NCBI GenBank assembly: GCA_030141605.1 | Contig: JAQGDQ010000273.1 | Span: 124,001 to 188,000, forward strand | DNA: 64,000 nucleotides | Reading direction: 5' to 3' | Origin: Tubiluchus corallicola | Taxonomy: Eukaryota; Animalia; Priapulida | In this document: positions 30,501-45,500 of the stretch, in pieces | Layout: the number at the start of each line of letters is the position of its first letter | Numbering within the stretch: the stretch's first letter is position 1 | Program-made: the position numbers and the translations under genes | Notes under the pieces: model-generated | What the model saw: the letters and a program-made list of their open reading frames with translations, nothing else | Databases searched by the model: none | What the model was told of the DNA's origin: nothing

Positions 30501-33500
30501 AAACTTAGCTAACACCAATCAGAATCCTATTGTAACCAAACCATAAAACAGAAATAAAAAGGCTGAGCAGTGCTTTTCATATGTTTTGTTTAGCTATGTT
30601 TCTGACAAGCACTTAAGTTTGAGAGTTAAACCAAATATTGCATCACAGTTTTTAAGCTTAGTCCAATTTAGACTTATCAGTGCAAATCAGACCAAATGGG
30701 CAAAAAAACAACAATGTCGGCTCTGCTCTCTAATCAAATGAACCAGGCATCAAGATACAACAATTATGACTCACATATTTTTAAAATAATACCATGATTT
30801 TTAAGAGGTGCAAGTAAAAACATAAATGATCACTGTACTCACGGCACGTTGCCTCATCACTGCCGTCGCCACAGTCATTATCACCGTCACATCGCCAGAT
30901 TTTCTGCACGCATCGCCCATTAGCGCATCGGAACTCATTCGGTTCACATCGTCCAGGTAAAGCTGTAACAATAAACAATTTATTGAAATGCTCTTGTTAT
31001 AATTGAATGACTCAGCGATAATCAAATTTATCATTTCGGTATTTATTAATCTTCAATTGAAGAAGGTACAAGTTCTGCGCACAGGAAGAAAATTTAATAT
31101 TCATACCTCTACCATCGTTTCCTATTGTGTTATGAGCTGCGTAAAAATAAATTAGAGAAAAGGTACAGAATAGAAAAAACGAAGCAAACATAACAGAAAT
31201 GAGTGGAATTTCCTTTTGCATTGAGGGACGTGCACATGAACTAGACTCTTGTCAACTCATGTCACAAATTAAGACTTCAACGAGCTTTTTCAATATGTTT
31301 AGGAGAAATAAATAAGTAACATGAAATAGATTAATCGCATTTTCTTACTATGAGTGACTAGTGTTAAGCTTAACTGAAATAACAATTAAGTACAGCCTCA
31401 AATTCTAAACAACAAAGTTCAATGTAAACACAAACTTCAAATCTCTACCAGCTTACGTAAAAATATTGATTTTTCTATGCACTACATCAACATAAAGTGA
31501 ACTTACGGAAATCTATTTCACAAATAGTAAAAGTGCTAAATAGTACAGCAGCACAAACCTGATATTCATGTTATCAAAACCAAACAAACTTGAGTTGAAT
31601 GCCATCAAAGTTTTGTACTGAATTTATAAACACTTTTGTACAAGTTGGAAACACTACACTGAGGTGCAATTTTGCATAAGATAGAAACTGACGTACATGT
31701 AACACAGTCACGCTCGTCACTTCCATCACTACAATCCAGATCCCCATCGCACAAGTAAGCTCGGAGGATACACTCTCCATTACCGCACGTTGCTTCCTCC
31801 TCCGTGCATTGACCAATTGGTGGTCGTCTCGTAGGTCCAACTAAAACAAACATCAACAATACTATCAAAAAACTACAGGAAAGCAACTAAAACATGATAA
31901 CTATGTGGATGGTACTGATGAAAACAATGATGTTTAGAAATATTTTCGTAAATGACAAAGTACTTTTTCATCATTAATGACATTTTTTGAAAGATTAAGA
32001 AATTTTTTAATTGGCTTATCAATGGTTTAGTATTTCAGTGTCAGAGTTTTTTTTTAGGTAACTGATATAAGACACTAGAGGCCAAGACAACTTTTTTGCA
32101 TTTTCAATGAAACAGGATTAGTTCAATATCTTCAAAACAAGACTTGGATACCTTTATAAGAACCCGAGTGAAATGACAGGTAATTAAAACTTTAAAACCC
32201 TGCTTACACTATGGAGAAGATATATATAGTCCTAGAGTCCTAGATCCTCTTAATCCCTTTCACACTTTTAATAATTTATGGCCACATGATCCCTGTTTAT
32301 ACTACCTGTAAAGAGGATAGATATGTGGACTTGTTTTTCCTCTGTGTCATTAAAAGGATCAATTGTCAAGACCCCAACAGTATCATGAAAAATGCCTGGT
32401 CAGAGCTGCACTGTGCCAGCAAAGCATAGAGAAAAGATACATAATGGGTATATATTGTGTCCACTTTACAAAATTATGCAGATCTTCAGAGACCACATAC
32501 AGGAGGTACTTACTACAGTCGAATGCCTGAAGTGCTGCTTAAATTAGATTCAGATTGAGAAAGCCTATAACAGGAGGTTTAAGTTTCAAGATCAGCAATG
32601 AAAAGACATTTAACACATGATACGATTTACATACACGGTTCAACAGTTAGCTGAGCAGTGACTTCAAAAGTAGTCGGCTGTCCTATAATTGAACACTTAT
32701 AGGTTCCCTGGTCATTCCTGGTGACAGAGGATATCGTTAGCCGTCCTCGACCATCATCAGAAGCTTGCAGTGGTAGCTGACGTCCATCTGCCCGACTCCA
32801 TCGCAAGACGGGTGTAGGTTCTCCTTGGACGCGACACTGCATAACAACTTCAGAGCCTTCCCGCACTGTCTGTGACTCAGGATAGATTTCCATTCTATAC
32901 TGAGCTCCAGCTATAAAACAGACATAAAAAATATATCAATTTAATAGAAAATTAAAGTAAAATAACATATTAATTAAATAAATTACTAGGGAAAAAATAC
33001 AAATACTTAATGGATACTTAAACAATTTTCGATGAAAAAAAAAACAACGTAACAATTAGACAACAAAAAATTGTAGGAACTACACACTGTATTCACGGTA
33101 TTTTCCCAAACATATAGCTTGGTCCTTACAGCTCACGTTAATACTTTTTTATCTAAAACACATGCATCAATTATGACTACCTAAAACATACAACATGTTA
33201 AAAGTGATTCTTAAACAACATTAAATGAAATTTCACTTACCAAAGTCATATACTAAAGTGAGTGCAAGTGAAAAATAAAAACAAATAAATCAAAACAGCA
33301 ATTCTGTTCAAAATGGATTTGTTAATACAAAGACCAATAAACAGTGAAAAGGTTATGTTATTGCAACTCATAATAAAAAAAGTGAAAATTAAAATCGAAA
33401 GTGAAAAAAGTGCAAAAAAGTTGCGGCAGTTATGTATTTTATATTCACAAATATAAAAAAGTGATAATCTCAATCATTACCAAATTTGTGATACAGCAAA

Positions 33501-36500
33501 CAATTACATTAGCAGAACATGAAACTTTGAGTTGCTTGTCAGCATTTGTACTACGTATTTTACCAGGAAAATTTTGTAGGCACGAATCATACGCACGCAC
33601 GCATGATGATCAAGCAACTTAGCGTAAACATTGTAAAAGCATTAACTACAAAACAGTTCCTCAAAATAAATAATAAAATTCTACATCAATTAAGCGAACA
33701 GAAGCACTAGTTTGCCATGTAATTTCAACCTTTGTTCACTATCACTCACTATTAACACGCCACACTGTAACTCATAGTAAGGATATCGACATGTACTTAA
33801 AACTGAATAACATAGTTTGAGTAGTTTCTAAGGTTGGCACCAGAAGCAAAATGCACCGACAAAGAATCTTACTATCTTTATAGAGTGAGAGTCAACAGGA
33901 TCACCAAAAAGATTCTGGAAGACATTACGCCTGAATTATCGAAGTACAACTTCAAAAGTCAACAGTCAACTAATAATAGATTCACCTGTGGCCTCAAAAG
34001 CTTGTGCTACTAAATTTTTGAATGAAACAATATTAAGGTTTCATCAATAAAACCATGCTGCATTCTTTCTCTCACAATTAAGTGATTTGGCCTATGAATG
34101 AGCCACTTCGCCAAAGTTAACAGTGCACTATGCTGTGTAATCATACCAAACATATGTGGCCTTGCCTCACAAACGTGATAAGTCAGCAGTTTTTTGAGAA
34201 GATCTGTAGAACACAAACACATGGCATTATGCTGATCTCTACTTGAAAACATCCACACTTACGACAATCCAGCTCGTCAGATGCATCGAGACAATTTATA
34301 ATGCCATCACAAAGTAACTGCAGCAGAATGCATTCACTAGATTCTTCACAACGACAAGTGCCAAAACCACATCCAATCAAATCTAAAATTAGTGGCAGAC
34401 AATGCACCAGTATTTTTCCAAGTTAACAACATTGTAGGTGCAGCCATATACGGTGCACTGTACTTCAAGGGTAGTTGAGTAATGTGTACTGTAATGTATG
34501 AGCAGCTCTTTACTTACAGTAGGCAGTACACATAAGCTTATTATGATGCTATGCACGGTACATTATTTGATTATTAGAAACAAGAAGGCAGATCGTCAAA
34601 TTTTTCTTCAACCAATATAAAAGTAAAGCAAACTAATCTAAAGTAAAGCAAATCAATCTAAAGTAAAGCAAACTATGCCAAGAAACTAATATTTCTCTTG
34701 GAAAGTGCAATTCCAGGCAATTAACGCTGTAGCTTTTCTGGAAACCACGTTCATTTAACACGTATGACAAGATGTATTACTTTCGAACTTTGAATTCCAG
34801 AATAGAGATTTAAGACACATTAAGCACACACAATGAAATACGCCCGACTATCCGATGTTTGAGATACACAGAGCTAGTGGATATGAAACAGATCAAAGTC
34901 AGCGCACTAGTCTTCAGACTTATACCTTGAAAGCTGTTATACTTACGACAGTTTTCTTCATCGGACGAGTCTCTGCAGTTCGGTTGACCATCGCAGCGAT
35001 ATCTAGCATCAACACATTCACCACTGTTGCAGGTGAAATCACTTGGCAGACATCTAGAAACTGCAATGAAATACTGATTATTTAATAAAATTAGTTAATC
35101 AGTTTATCAAAATTAACTGATAACAACAATAGAAAAAACAAAGTGACTATAAAGACACATAACAGAATGATGAATAGAAGTGAATGTGGTCCAAGGTTAC
35201 TCTTAATGATTATCAGTGCCAGCTAATTTCAAAAGATTAGAGCGATATATTGCTTACAAATGACATACATAGATGAAATGTGATAAAGCAAACAATTTTG
35301 CATGCTGTCACAAAGTATAAACTACATATTGGTATAGTACATTTGTGTTGCTAGTGTAAACATCAGCATTCTCGGCTTGTGACGTCATGCCTCTTACACC
35401 CGTAGTGCAACAGTTTTGCTCAATGACAGCCTATATAAATGTGAGTTTTGAAGGCAATATTGTCTAAACTTTTGTCTGTGTTTGTATTTGCAACATATGT
35501 GCAAGTTATTGAAGCTTAAGCTAACTTTGGTGATATTACTCCTTTAATACAAGTTTGTATTCTTGACAATAATATTTAAATGATAAAAAAACAAATATAC
35601 TGTACAAAATTAAATTCGAGTCACGCTGTTTTCCTATAATAAAGCTGAAGACTGCAAAGGGTGTCTATTCCTTGTAACATTAAGTGCAAAGTGTTCAGAG
35701 AAAGCTTGTGCTATAAAGTGCAGTGTAATGTGTAAGCAGTGCATCCTTAATATAACACTGTGCCCGAAAAGGTGCAAATAAAGACAGTACTGTGCCAGTG
35801 CAGCATCTCAGCACCAACCTGGACAACAAACAGCAGGTGTATCCTGTAAGGCAGTGTTACATACATAACCCTCTGGACATGGGTTAGTGTCCGAGCACGT
35901 TAGTGCCTGCAGCGTGAATGAGCTTATGAAAGGTTCATGCAAACCACATGGCGAAGTTGGAGGAGCCACTGTAGCATTAGTGGTCACTATCAGTAAACAA
36001 TAACACAAATAAACAAACTACATTGGATAAATAAGGAAAAATAGAAAGTAATTCCAAGTAACTTAGTTAACTAGTTAAGCTACAATTCACTTGTCTGCTT
36101 TTGTAACCAAAATAAAATTATAAAAGATCATTATGACATTACCACCCAACTTGAAAACAGCAAATCAATGCAGATCTACTATAATGGCTGCTATACAAAA
36201 ATGATTTTTTAACAACAATCAACAAAAATATATTAATGGCGATTTTTGATCTTATACAACTCTGAAAAAAGTGCATACGACAGACATACTAAATACTAAA
36301 TGTATCTGCTAAAGTAAATTATAACAAGGAACAGAACAAACGAAATACATTTATTCAAACCAATTTAACTAGCAAATTGGTTATGTAGCAAACAAATTTT
36401 TCCTATATTGACAGAAAGGCACATATGAATAAAGTGATAGCTGAAACAAAAGAAAAGTTGGAAGAACTGAAAGTGTTTTTAACGTTTAGAAAAGTAAAAC

Positions 36501-39500
36501 TAAACACAACTCTAGCAGTTTTAACCATAAAAGTTTGCAACTTTGCTCAACGTTTAAGCTAACATACCAAAATTATTAACAAAGTCATAATGGCAATGTT
36601 TTCAAAAATATTAGCTTCATCCTGCACATTGGCAAATAAGACAACAACAAATTTCTCTAATGACTTATTTAAATTACCATTATAAGAGTGAGTGTTAACC
36701 TTACAGACACCAACTGCTACGATAATCACAGTTATCACAGAGCTACCTTATTCATAGTTAAATTTAATTCAAACCCTTTAGCTAAACTGAATTTACAAAT
36801 ATGTAATCAATAAATTAACAACTACACTGGAATAAGGAGATGAAGAGTACATCAAGGACAGTCACAGTAATCAAAAAATGAGAATACAATTTTACAAAAA
36901 CCACAAATAAAAGTAGCAAAATAATGTACATATATCTAGCTACATCTACTACAACTATAAGTAGGAACAAAAACCAAATCAGTACTTTTAAAATTTAAAT
37001 ACTGTCAAATGTTAGCAAGCTCCACCAAATTACAGGTAAAAAAAGAAAAAGACAACGCAGGCTAAATAACCCATCTAACAAAAATAAAGCTAACGCACAA
37101 TTAAAATCATTTTAAAAATTAATAATTACCAACAGCACAGCACAATGAGCCTGGATGCTCAAAATAACGGACACATTCGTATCGCGGTGGGCATCCAATT
37201 TCTTGAGTACACGACCTTGGTCCTCCACCAGCTGAGTCCAAAAGTGGCTGCGACCCATCAGGACAGATGGCTACGGAAAATCAGTCACCATAAATTCATT
37301 TCTTCATTTGATGAAATGTACATTTAAAATCCCTCTTGAACGAAAAACTAAAAACTAGCTTTGTTTGTAATTTCGAATATGCACTACTAGAAGCACCTCT
37401 TAAGATAAACATAACTGCTACAGTCATGTAGGTCGAACTGGAAATCCATTCAAAATGGCAAAGAATACCATTTTCCCTCAAAAATGATCATGCTTTCCAT
37501 CTCGCAAGACATTTCTTTTATATGTAATACTATGTAGGTCATGAACTGACCTGGATTTGTACAGCACACTCCACTATCTGCCACTTCCACATCGTTGCTG
37601 CTGATGCTGCCTCGATGACAGAAATATCCACTCAGCAAACACTGAAGATCGCTTGAACATCTTCGTACACGTCCGCTCTCATCAGTCATTGGTGTTGCGC
37701 CAGATGGACATGCGTCCGCTGTATATACTAGGATATTATCAATGATGTCTCCTGCTTAACGTTAACTGTTGACCACCTTAACCTTCTTGATACACACAAT
37801 TCAAGTTAGGTGGTAACAGTCTAATGCTATCCACTTAAGCTTCATGCGATGTACAATTTGAGTTTAAAAGGTTATAGATACAACGATATGGTATAAACTA
37901 GTAATAACACAGAGATAAAGACAAAGACAAAAAAGTATATCAAGTATTATTAAGATCAGTGTATCAAGGAACTTATCAGCACATGTATATTAATGTGTTA
38001 ATGTTACTGCCCAAACTGACCAGTGCATACAGACAGAAATATAAGTCAGTACAATTACAAAAATCTGGTTTTAAAGTTAACCATCAGCATAAACACGCAA
38101 ATCTTATTTCTCAAAGTCACTAACTACTGCCAGCAGGAAGAATGTGACATACACAATGCAAGATTTTAGATTAAGTAGTTTAAAAATGAAAGGCATTAAG
38201 GTAATTTCAGTGAGTCGAAAATTTCAAAATTATGCAACAAAAAGATTACATTTTACAGCATGAATTGAGGCACAACAAGAAGTTAAAATTAAGAAACTTA
38301 CCTTCAGCTGGGCAACAGACAGCAGCACGATCAGCAATATCAGTATTACATTCGTATCCTGATGGGCATGGGTCCCTGAAAGAACACGCCACTTCGTCGC
38401 CATAGCGATCGGTTAAAGGAGATCCTTGACGACATGGATTAAACGTCTCAGGTGGCCTTGTCGATGGGCAACATACTGCTGGACGATCGGCAACATCTGT
38501 GTTACATTCGTATCCCGAAGGGCAAGGGTCTCTAAAAGAGCATGTTTGTTGGTCGCCATAGCGATCTGTCAGTGGTGTTCCTTGACGACAAGGATTAAAT
38601 GGCTCAGGTGGCGGAAGAGTTTGGGGTTCTGTGAAACAAAGAAAAAATTACCATAATTGATTACTATGCTACAAAGCCACTTACCTACAACCTACTAATA
38701 ATTTTTCATGGAATGGTTTCCTAGTGTAACTCAATTATCAGTCAGCAGAGCAGGAAGTGTGGTGTATCCAGATCACACAGGGTGGCCACTTTGGGGAGGA
38801 GGGAACCAATTTTGCACTGCGATACAGTAAGATGAGTATTTAATCAAAAATCGCAGTAGGATATTTTCTACAAGGTACAGTATGGTACAGTATATTATGA
38901 ATGTGCATTATGTTTAAGGAAAAAATGACAAATTTGTCTGCTGCACAGATGGACAAAACTCACATTAAGCTCAGTGCAATTAGTAGTACAAACTTTTCTA
39001 ATGTCCTCCAAAGCTGTCTGGCTAACACAGTACACAGTCACTGCAATGTATAGTCAACAGCAACACACTTAAAGGTAGCAGACTTTCTGGCATATTTTGG
39101 ACATTTTGTCACCCTCATTAGTTCAATCAATTACTTTATCAAGTGTCAGAGTTCAAAATCAGAGCTCCGATCTTTGCTCTACGAGAATACTGAAATAATG
39201 AAAGCTATATCTACAAATACATTTGCTATCTCTTCAGTTAAATGGCAAAGGCTATTAACTGAAAAGGAAATACAATACCAATACAAAATTATGCAAAGAA
39301 GCAGCCATGGCAAAAAAAATCATTCTCTGCTAAAAGAAGTCAATACATTGATTTGACTCACATGGATCTCATTTAATTGCACAATAGTAAGCAAGAAAAT
39401 GCATACCTTCACAATCATGTTCATCGGATCGGTCTAAACAGTCATAGTTTCCATCGCATTTCTGTGCCAGAGGTACGCAGAATCCGCTACCGCACTTAAA

Positions 39501-42500
39501 CTCGTCCGATCTGCACTCACGGCCATCTGCAAGGAAAAAGAAAATTACGACATCAATGCTTGAAAGTCTGTATTGTAACACTAGTATTGCCCAAGTAATT
39601 AATGTCTGTTGAGTGCATCAAAGTGTTAAAATTTACCATATAAACAAGTAGATAGAAAAGTTCTATTTACATTGAAATATTTTATTCAGTGCAAGATTTT
39701 ACCACCTAAAGCTGTATGATTTATTATATAATTAAGGTACAATTTTACATCGTAAAAATTCTTTCGTAAATATTAAAGAAAAAACGTTTAATGAATTGAA
39801 CTGTAATTATCATTATGAATTACACAAATAATATTTAAAACACAACCAATAAGTAAAACTATCAAACTAAAGACTGTAACTGAAAGAGTTTGTATACTGG
39901 TATTGGTGGTGAACATCAACTAATGGATGGTTCACATACCACAATCCGATTCATCCTGGCCATCTCGACAGTCATTGTTACCATCGCAACGCCGTCGCTT
40001 ATCGACACAATTTGTGCCGCCGTCACACGACATCTCATACCACTGACATTCCTGGATTTCTGTATGATTGTGGAAACATGCATAAATAGAAGACCCAAAT
40101 TGCATAGGATGGTCATTGGCAGCAAAGAACAAGAAAAGACTCAATACATGTTTCTATCTTTTTTTTTGAAATAAAGTGCAATTTGGGTCTCAAAGCTGTG
40201 AATTCAAAAATTAACCTGCTGGTAATGGCCATCAAAAAAGTTATTGAAGAAAAACAAAATAGAAAATTATGTATTACAACCTAAAATATTTGCTAGATTG
40301 AGAAAACTTCAGGAATGCAGAAAAAAATCTCTGCTCTAAAAATATTATTTCTTATAGAAAAATCCACCCTAGCAGAAATAATAACTGCATTTTGAAAAAA
40401 GGTAGATTAAACAAAAGCAAAACAATATATAATATATTGAAGTATGTGTAATTGCAGAGAAGGATATAAACAACAAATAATCCTCTTAAAAAAACTGCCA
40501 AAGTATTTTTAAAAGTGGAAAGCAAGACAGATAGGTGAACAGATATTAAATTAATTAAAGAGAAATACAGTTTTTTGAAGAAAAGAAAATTGGCACAGCA
40601 CAAAAGCATCTTAAGGCTTAACCAGCAGGTTGACTTATTATCAAAAAAATATATGTGAAAAATTGTAACTGCGTGGAGAAATGTAATAGAAATAAATGCT
40701 TATGTCTGCAAAAAAAAATCATAAAAATAGGTGAAAATTATGTAATTTAAAGGAATGTCTGGCAATTTCTTTTCAAAGTAAAAAAACTTGTCAAAATAAA
40801 TAAATTTTTAACACATTACCTACAAACAATTTTTCTATTGCAGCACAAAACTCATCTGCAAGTGTAAGAAATCTTTAGTTTGATTCTGTCTGTGTAAAAT
40901 TTTGTTAATAAGTCTTAATAAAATTAGGCAGTATAACCAATTGTTGTGAGAAAACTTGATTGAAATGATGATATGGCATGTAATAAAAATCATTAAGATG
41001 TAAATCTAAAATATTTGGTGAAAAAATAAGCCATATCATTAAATATCAAAAATCCTAAAATTAAATACAAAAAAGTGTGACTTCTATGAATAAGTTCACA
41101 AGTTAGGCAGTTGATTCTTACACTCTGCATGGTAACTGCTTATTCTGATAAGATGAGTGCGCAAATGAGTAAAAAACATTATTCATTAAAAAACAAGTAG
41201 AAATTTGCAAGACAGGTTTTTACTTTAAAAAAACCTGAACATTTCCTTTAATGACATCAGATGACTACATCAAACCAAATATTTGTACTTGAAAACAAAA
41301 TACAGCCTAAGCCCGATGCACGGTTTATAAAATCATCATGACACCCTAATGTTTCACAATATTACATTACCAGATCAAAATAATAATAATAATAATAACA
41401 AAAAACTAACAATATTTTTCTTGAGGACTTCGGCCAGGAATAACACCTAAAGTGTCAAACACTTATTTCAAAGATGGTCCCAAAAAAGTGAAATTTGGTT
41501 ATCATTGGCAGAGCTGTATTAAACTTTCAAGCCAACACTAATTAAGATTGTTTTTTGCAAAACAAACTCAAACAAACAAACTCAATAAAAACCACAATTA
41601 AATTATGTATAGCCAATAAACAATAATAATATAATTAACAACAATTAAATTATAACCAATAAGTAATCAAAATTCTAACGCATCAAATATAACAGTGATG
41701 CTTAGAAACATGTGACAATTGTACACTCAAAAGTGCAAAATTTAAGGTACTAAAAGCTTATAAGAAGAGGTAATAACACTTTCAAACTAATAATTTCTAC
41801 CACTCTGAAACCCACGATAATTCTACATCTCGCTCAACAAAATAGAATGTAACAGCCAAAGACCACAAAATTCTATTTTGTTCAAGATGGTTCTAGAAAA
41901 ACTTAAAATGAAAAAAATCTTAATACCACAACTGTCCTCGTCAGAACGATCTCGACACTGCGGTATGCCATCACAACGCTGACCACTATAGATGCACTCG
42001 CCGCTGTCGCACTGGAATTGATCATCACGGCAACCTACTTGTGGCCTGCTTGTTGGTGTCGCAGGTGTAAAAATTTCATCAGGTGGCAGTGTGGTTTGTG
42101 GCTGATCCGCTTTATCACAAAATAAAATTGTCGCAGGTGAGACACAATATTTCAAATGCAGTTTTTAGAAGCTGAAATCATAACAATACCCCAAAACCCA
42201 GACCCGCTACATTTACTAATCCATCCAAGAGTCAAGAATAAAAATATTTTTCCTCTTATTATTTTGTTAAGATGCCCAAGTTTGAAACGTAAACCACTAA
42301 TGGGAGACGATCGAAAATCACGATAGAAACACGTTGTGCGTCACATCTAGCTAGATACACACTTATACAATAAACATCAATGCAGGAAAGAAGGTAAGTG
42401 CGTGACATACTTATCAACAGAAATGGTAGAAACAGGCTTCTTTCTTTTCACGAAACACGAGTTCATGAAAAAGGAGTTCAAAGTCAATCCAGCAAGTGTA

Positions 42501-45500
42501 TTAATAAGTGCATGAAAAGATGTCATTAGGCAAATGTTGTGTAGCACTTCTACACTGATTGAAGTGGCCTATCAATATAATAAACAGTTTGCCACAAAAT
42601 TACTAGGCACTAAATTACATTAATAGGATTTAGTTTGTGAATCAAAGCATTGTGGAAAATGGATGGAAAAAACTGTTATTTTTGGTCACTTTTAACATTT
42701 ACGCAAAAATAAAAAGACGAAAAGATAAAAAAACAGGATTATACATTGCAATTAAGCAGCAAACACTTTGTGTCAAATTGTGTGCTAGAAGGGCTTGCAC
42801 ATTTTATGAACAAGATGTAGCACATTCAGTACCAGTCTACAAGAATTACGCTACGTGTGAAGCGCTTTTCTATCACCCCCTTCCTATATAAATAATAAGT
42901 CATATCTCATATAATCAGAGATAAAAAGCAGTAAAAAAGCATTCAATAATTATAAGTTTCTCACAAATTTTGATTATTTGCAATCACATTTGTCTACAAG
43001 TTTCTAACAAAAACATTTGATCGTATATTTAAATTTCACAGTCATACCTTCCACATTGACTTCGATGAATCGATTCACAGGTGGCACTGAGTTCACTCTC
43101 ACCTCATAGCGGCCATTGTCGGACCAGGCTGCACCCAATATGGTCAGGTAGAATTCCTTGCGTTCGGCATCACCACGTGTTCGAAGGTAAATGCGATCAT
43201 CACTCGTCACTTTTTCATCGTCACGCGTCAATGTTTCCAATCCAGGTGCTACACCCCTACCATGCCTTATCCATTCAATCTAACATTAAAAATATTATTG
43301 GTATTCAGCTTTGTGACATTATTTTGTAACATCCGAACATATACCTGCACAAGCAACCAAGCTTGGTGCAAAGTAAGTTCTATGTCCAAAGCCCAAACCA
43401 CAATTACGAGACTGTTCTTCTTAAAGTCAAAACTGATATTCTTAATTCACTGGACAAGGGCAGTGTTGTAGCACTCGTAATGTTAGATTTATCAGCTGCA
43501 TTTGATACCATGGATCACGAGATTTTGCTGGATAGGCTCGATTATAGGTGTGGAATAAATGGAACTGCACTTCTGTTTCTTTCCTCTTACCTATCCAATA
43601 GATTTCAGCAAGTCAGTATTAATGGGGTCAGGTCGATGGATATGGAGCAACATTGAGGTGTTCCCCAAGGGTCTGTTTTAGGCCCGATGTTGTTTTCCAT
43701 ATATTCTTTCCCTTTGGGCAATATTCTTAGGCTGCATGGTGTTGGTTATCATCTATACGCTGATAACACACAGATTTATCTAGCGTTTAATCCTAAAATT
43801 GATATGGATGAAATAGAAACTTTGAATGTTATTCAAAACTACATTGCAGATATACGTCACTCGATGCTGCATGATTATCTGAAGCTTAATGATGATAAAA
43901 ACGATTTTATCACTTTTGGAAGTAAAAACCAATTAACAAAAGTTAAACAGTCATCTGTCCTTGTGGGCACTGATCTAATTGCAGTGTCCGATACAGTGAA
44001 AAACCTTGGAGTTATTCTAGATCATCATTTACCTATGTCTACCTGTATTAATAATGCGTGCAAAACTTCGTATTTCTATTTAAGGTACACTTCTAAAATT
44101 AGACCTTGTTTATCAAAACCAGCCAGTGAAACTCTTAACCACACGTCTGTCAGTTCTCGATTAGACAATTGTAACAGCACACTTTTTAGTATTCCTCAGT
44201 ATCAGATTGATAAACTGCTACATGTCCTCAACACAGCAGCCCGAATTATTACAGGCACTCATAAATATGATCACATAACTCCTGCTCTCATACAATTGCA
44301 CTGGTTGCCTGTTTCTTTCAGAATAAAATACAAAATTCTCTTATTAACATTCAAGGCTTTGAATGATTTAGCGCTCTCCTATATATCTGATTTTTTGAAG
44401 CAATACATGCCCAATCGCAATCTTAGATCAATTAATTCATCGACACTTTTTGTACCACATTATAATTTAGTCACATATAGTTTTCATAGTTTTAGTGTAG
44501 CAGCACTAAAATTATGGAATGATTTACCAATTCATACACGTAAAATCAATAATGTTCAAAAGTTCAAATCATTCCTTAAAACATATTTTAAATAAAGAAG
44601 CCTTTTTAATTAATTAAAAATTTATTATAGACTTATGGGTTTAATTATGGCTGATTTTTATATACATGTATTACGATTCTAGTTTTATTTATAACAGCCT
44701 ATTGTGTATATACTATTTACATGTCAATATTTTAAGTATGTAAAATGCATTTGTCCATTTTTAATGTTAATTCATTTTAAATATTCAATAAATTAAAATG
44801 AATTAAATTAAATTATGTTAATGGCAGTAGTCTGTTAAAGCCAATAGAAAGTAATGTAAATGCATAGTATGCAAACCAACAGTAATTCCGAAAAAATAAC
44901 TACTTCTACAGCTTATACATTTCAAGGACTATACACGCTATCGATAGCACACGGAATTTAATTCACTTCTTTTATTTATATGAGACTTCACATTAAAGGT
45001 AAGAATCTCTCTGCTGATATCTACTTCTGGAAAATATAAATTAATGAGATGCAAGCGGGTATGCTTGGTATGCAAATGAGAATTACAAATGAAACTACTT
45101 GCTGTGGCACAGGATGTGTAGGACTGTTTAGTTAGTATGTCATTAAACTTCTAATCATACAACACCATCTGCCCAACTTCTGTTTAATGTAATGTATATT
45201 TGTTTATGTTTTTATCATTTTTTTCTGCTCACATGATAAAGAATGCCCAAAAATGCACAAGAGTTCTCTAGACAAATTTAAAGATATCACATCTGCAGTG
45301 CTGCCTGTAAAGCGCCGATTTTAATGTGAAGCAAACTTACAGAAAATGACTGTGAATTTGTAACAACAGCTCTCAAGTTCAAGAATTCGTCCTCTTCCAC
45401 GTTTTGAGTGTCACTGATTTCTATAATTGTTGGTTGCTGTGATTCTGGAGCTATAACAAAAAGCAATGCAGTAAATATACACAAATAATGCACTATTAAA

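Noticed and set aside
43687-44595. 302-aa ORF as a functional reverse transcriptase or retron-like gene
   Set aside because: 5'-truncated LINE with an upstream in-frame stop and a mutated catalytic YADD motif
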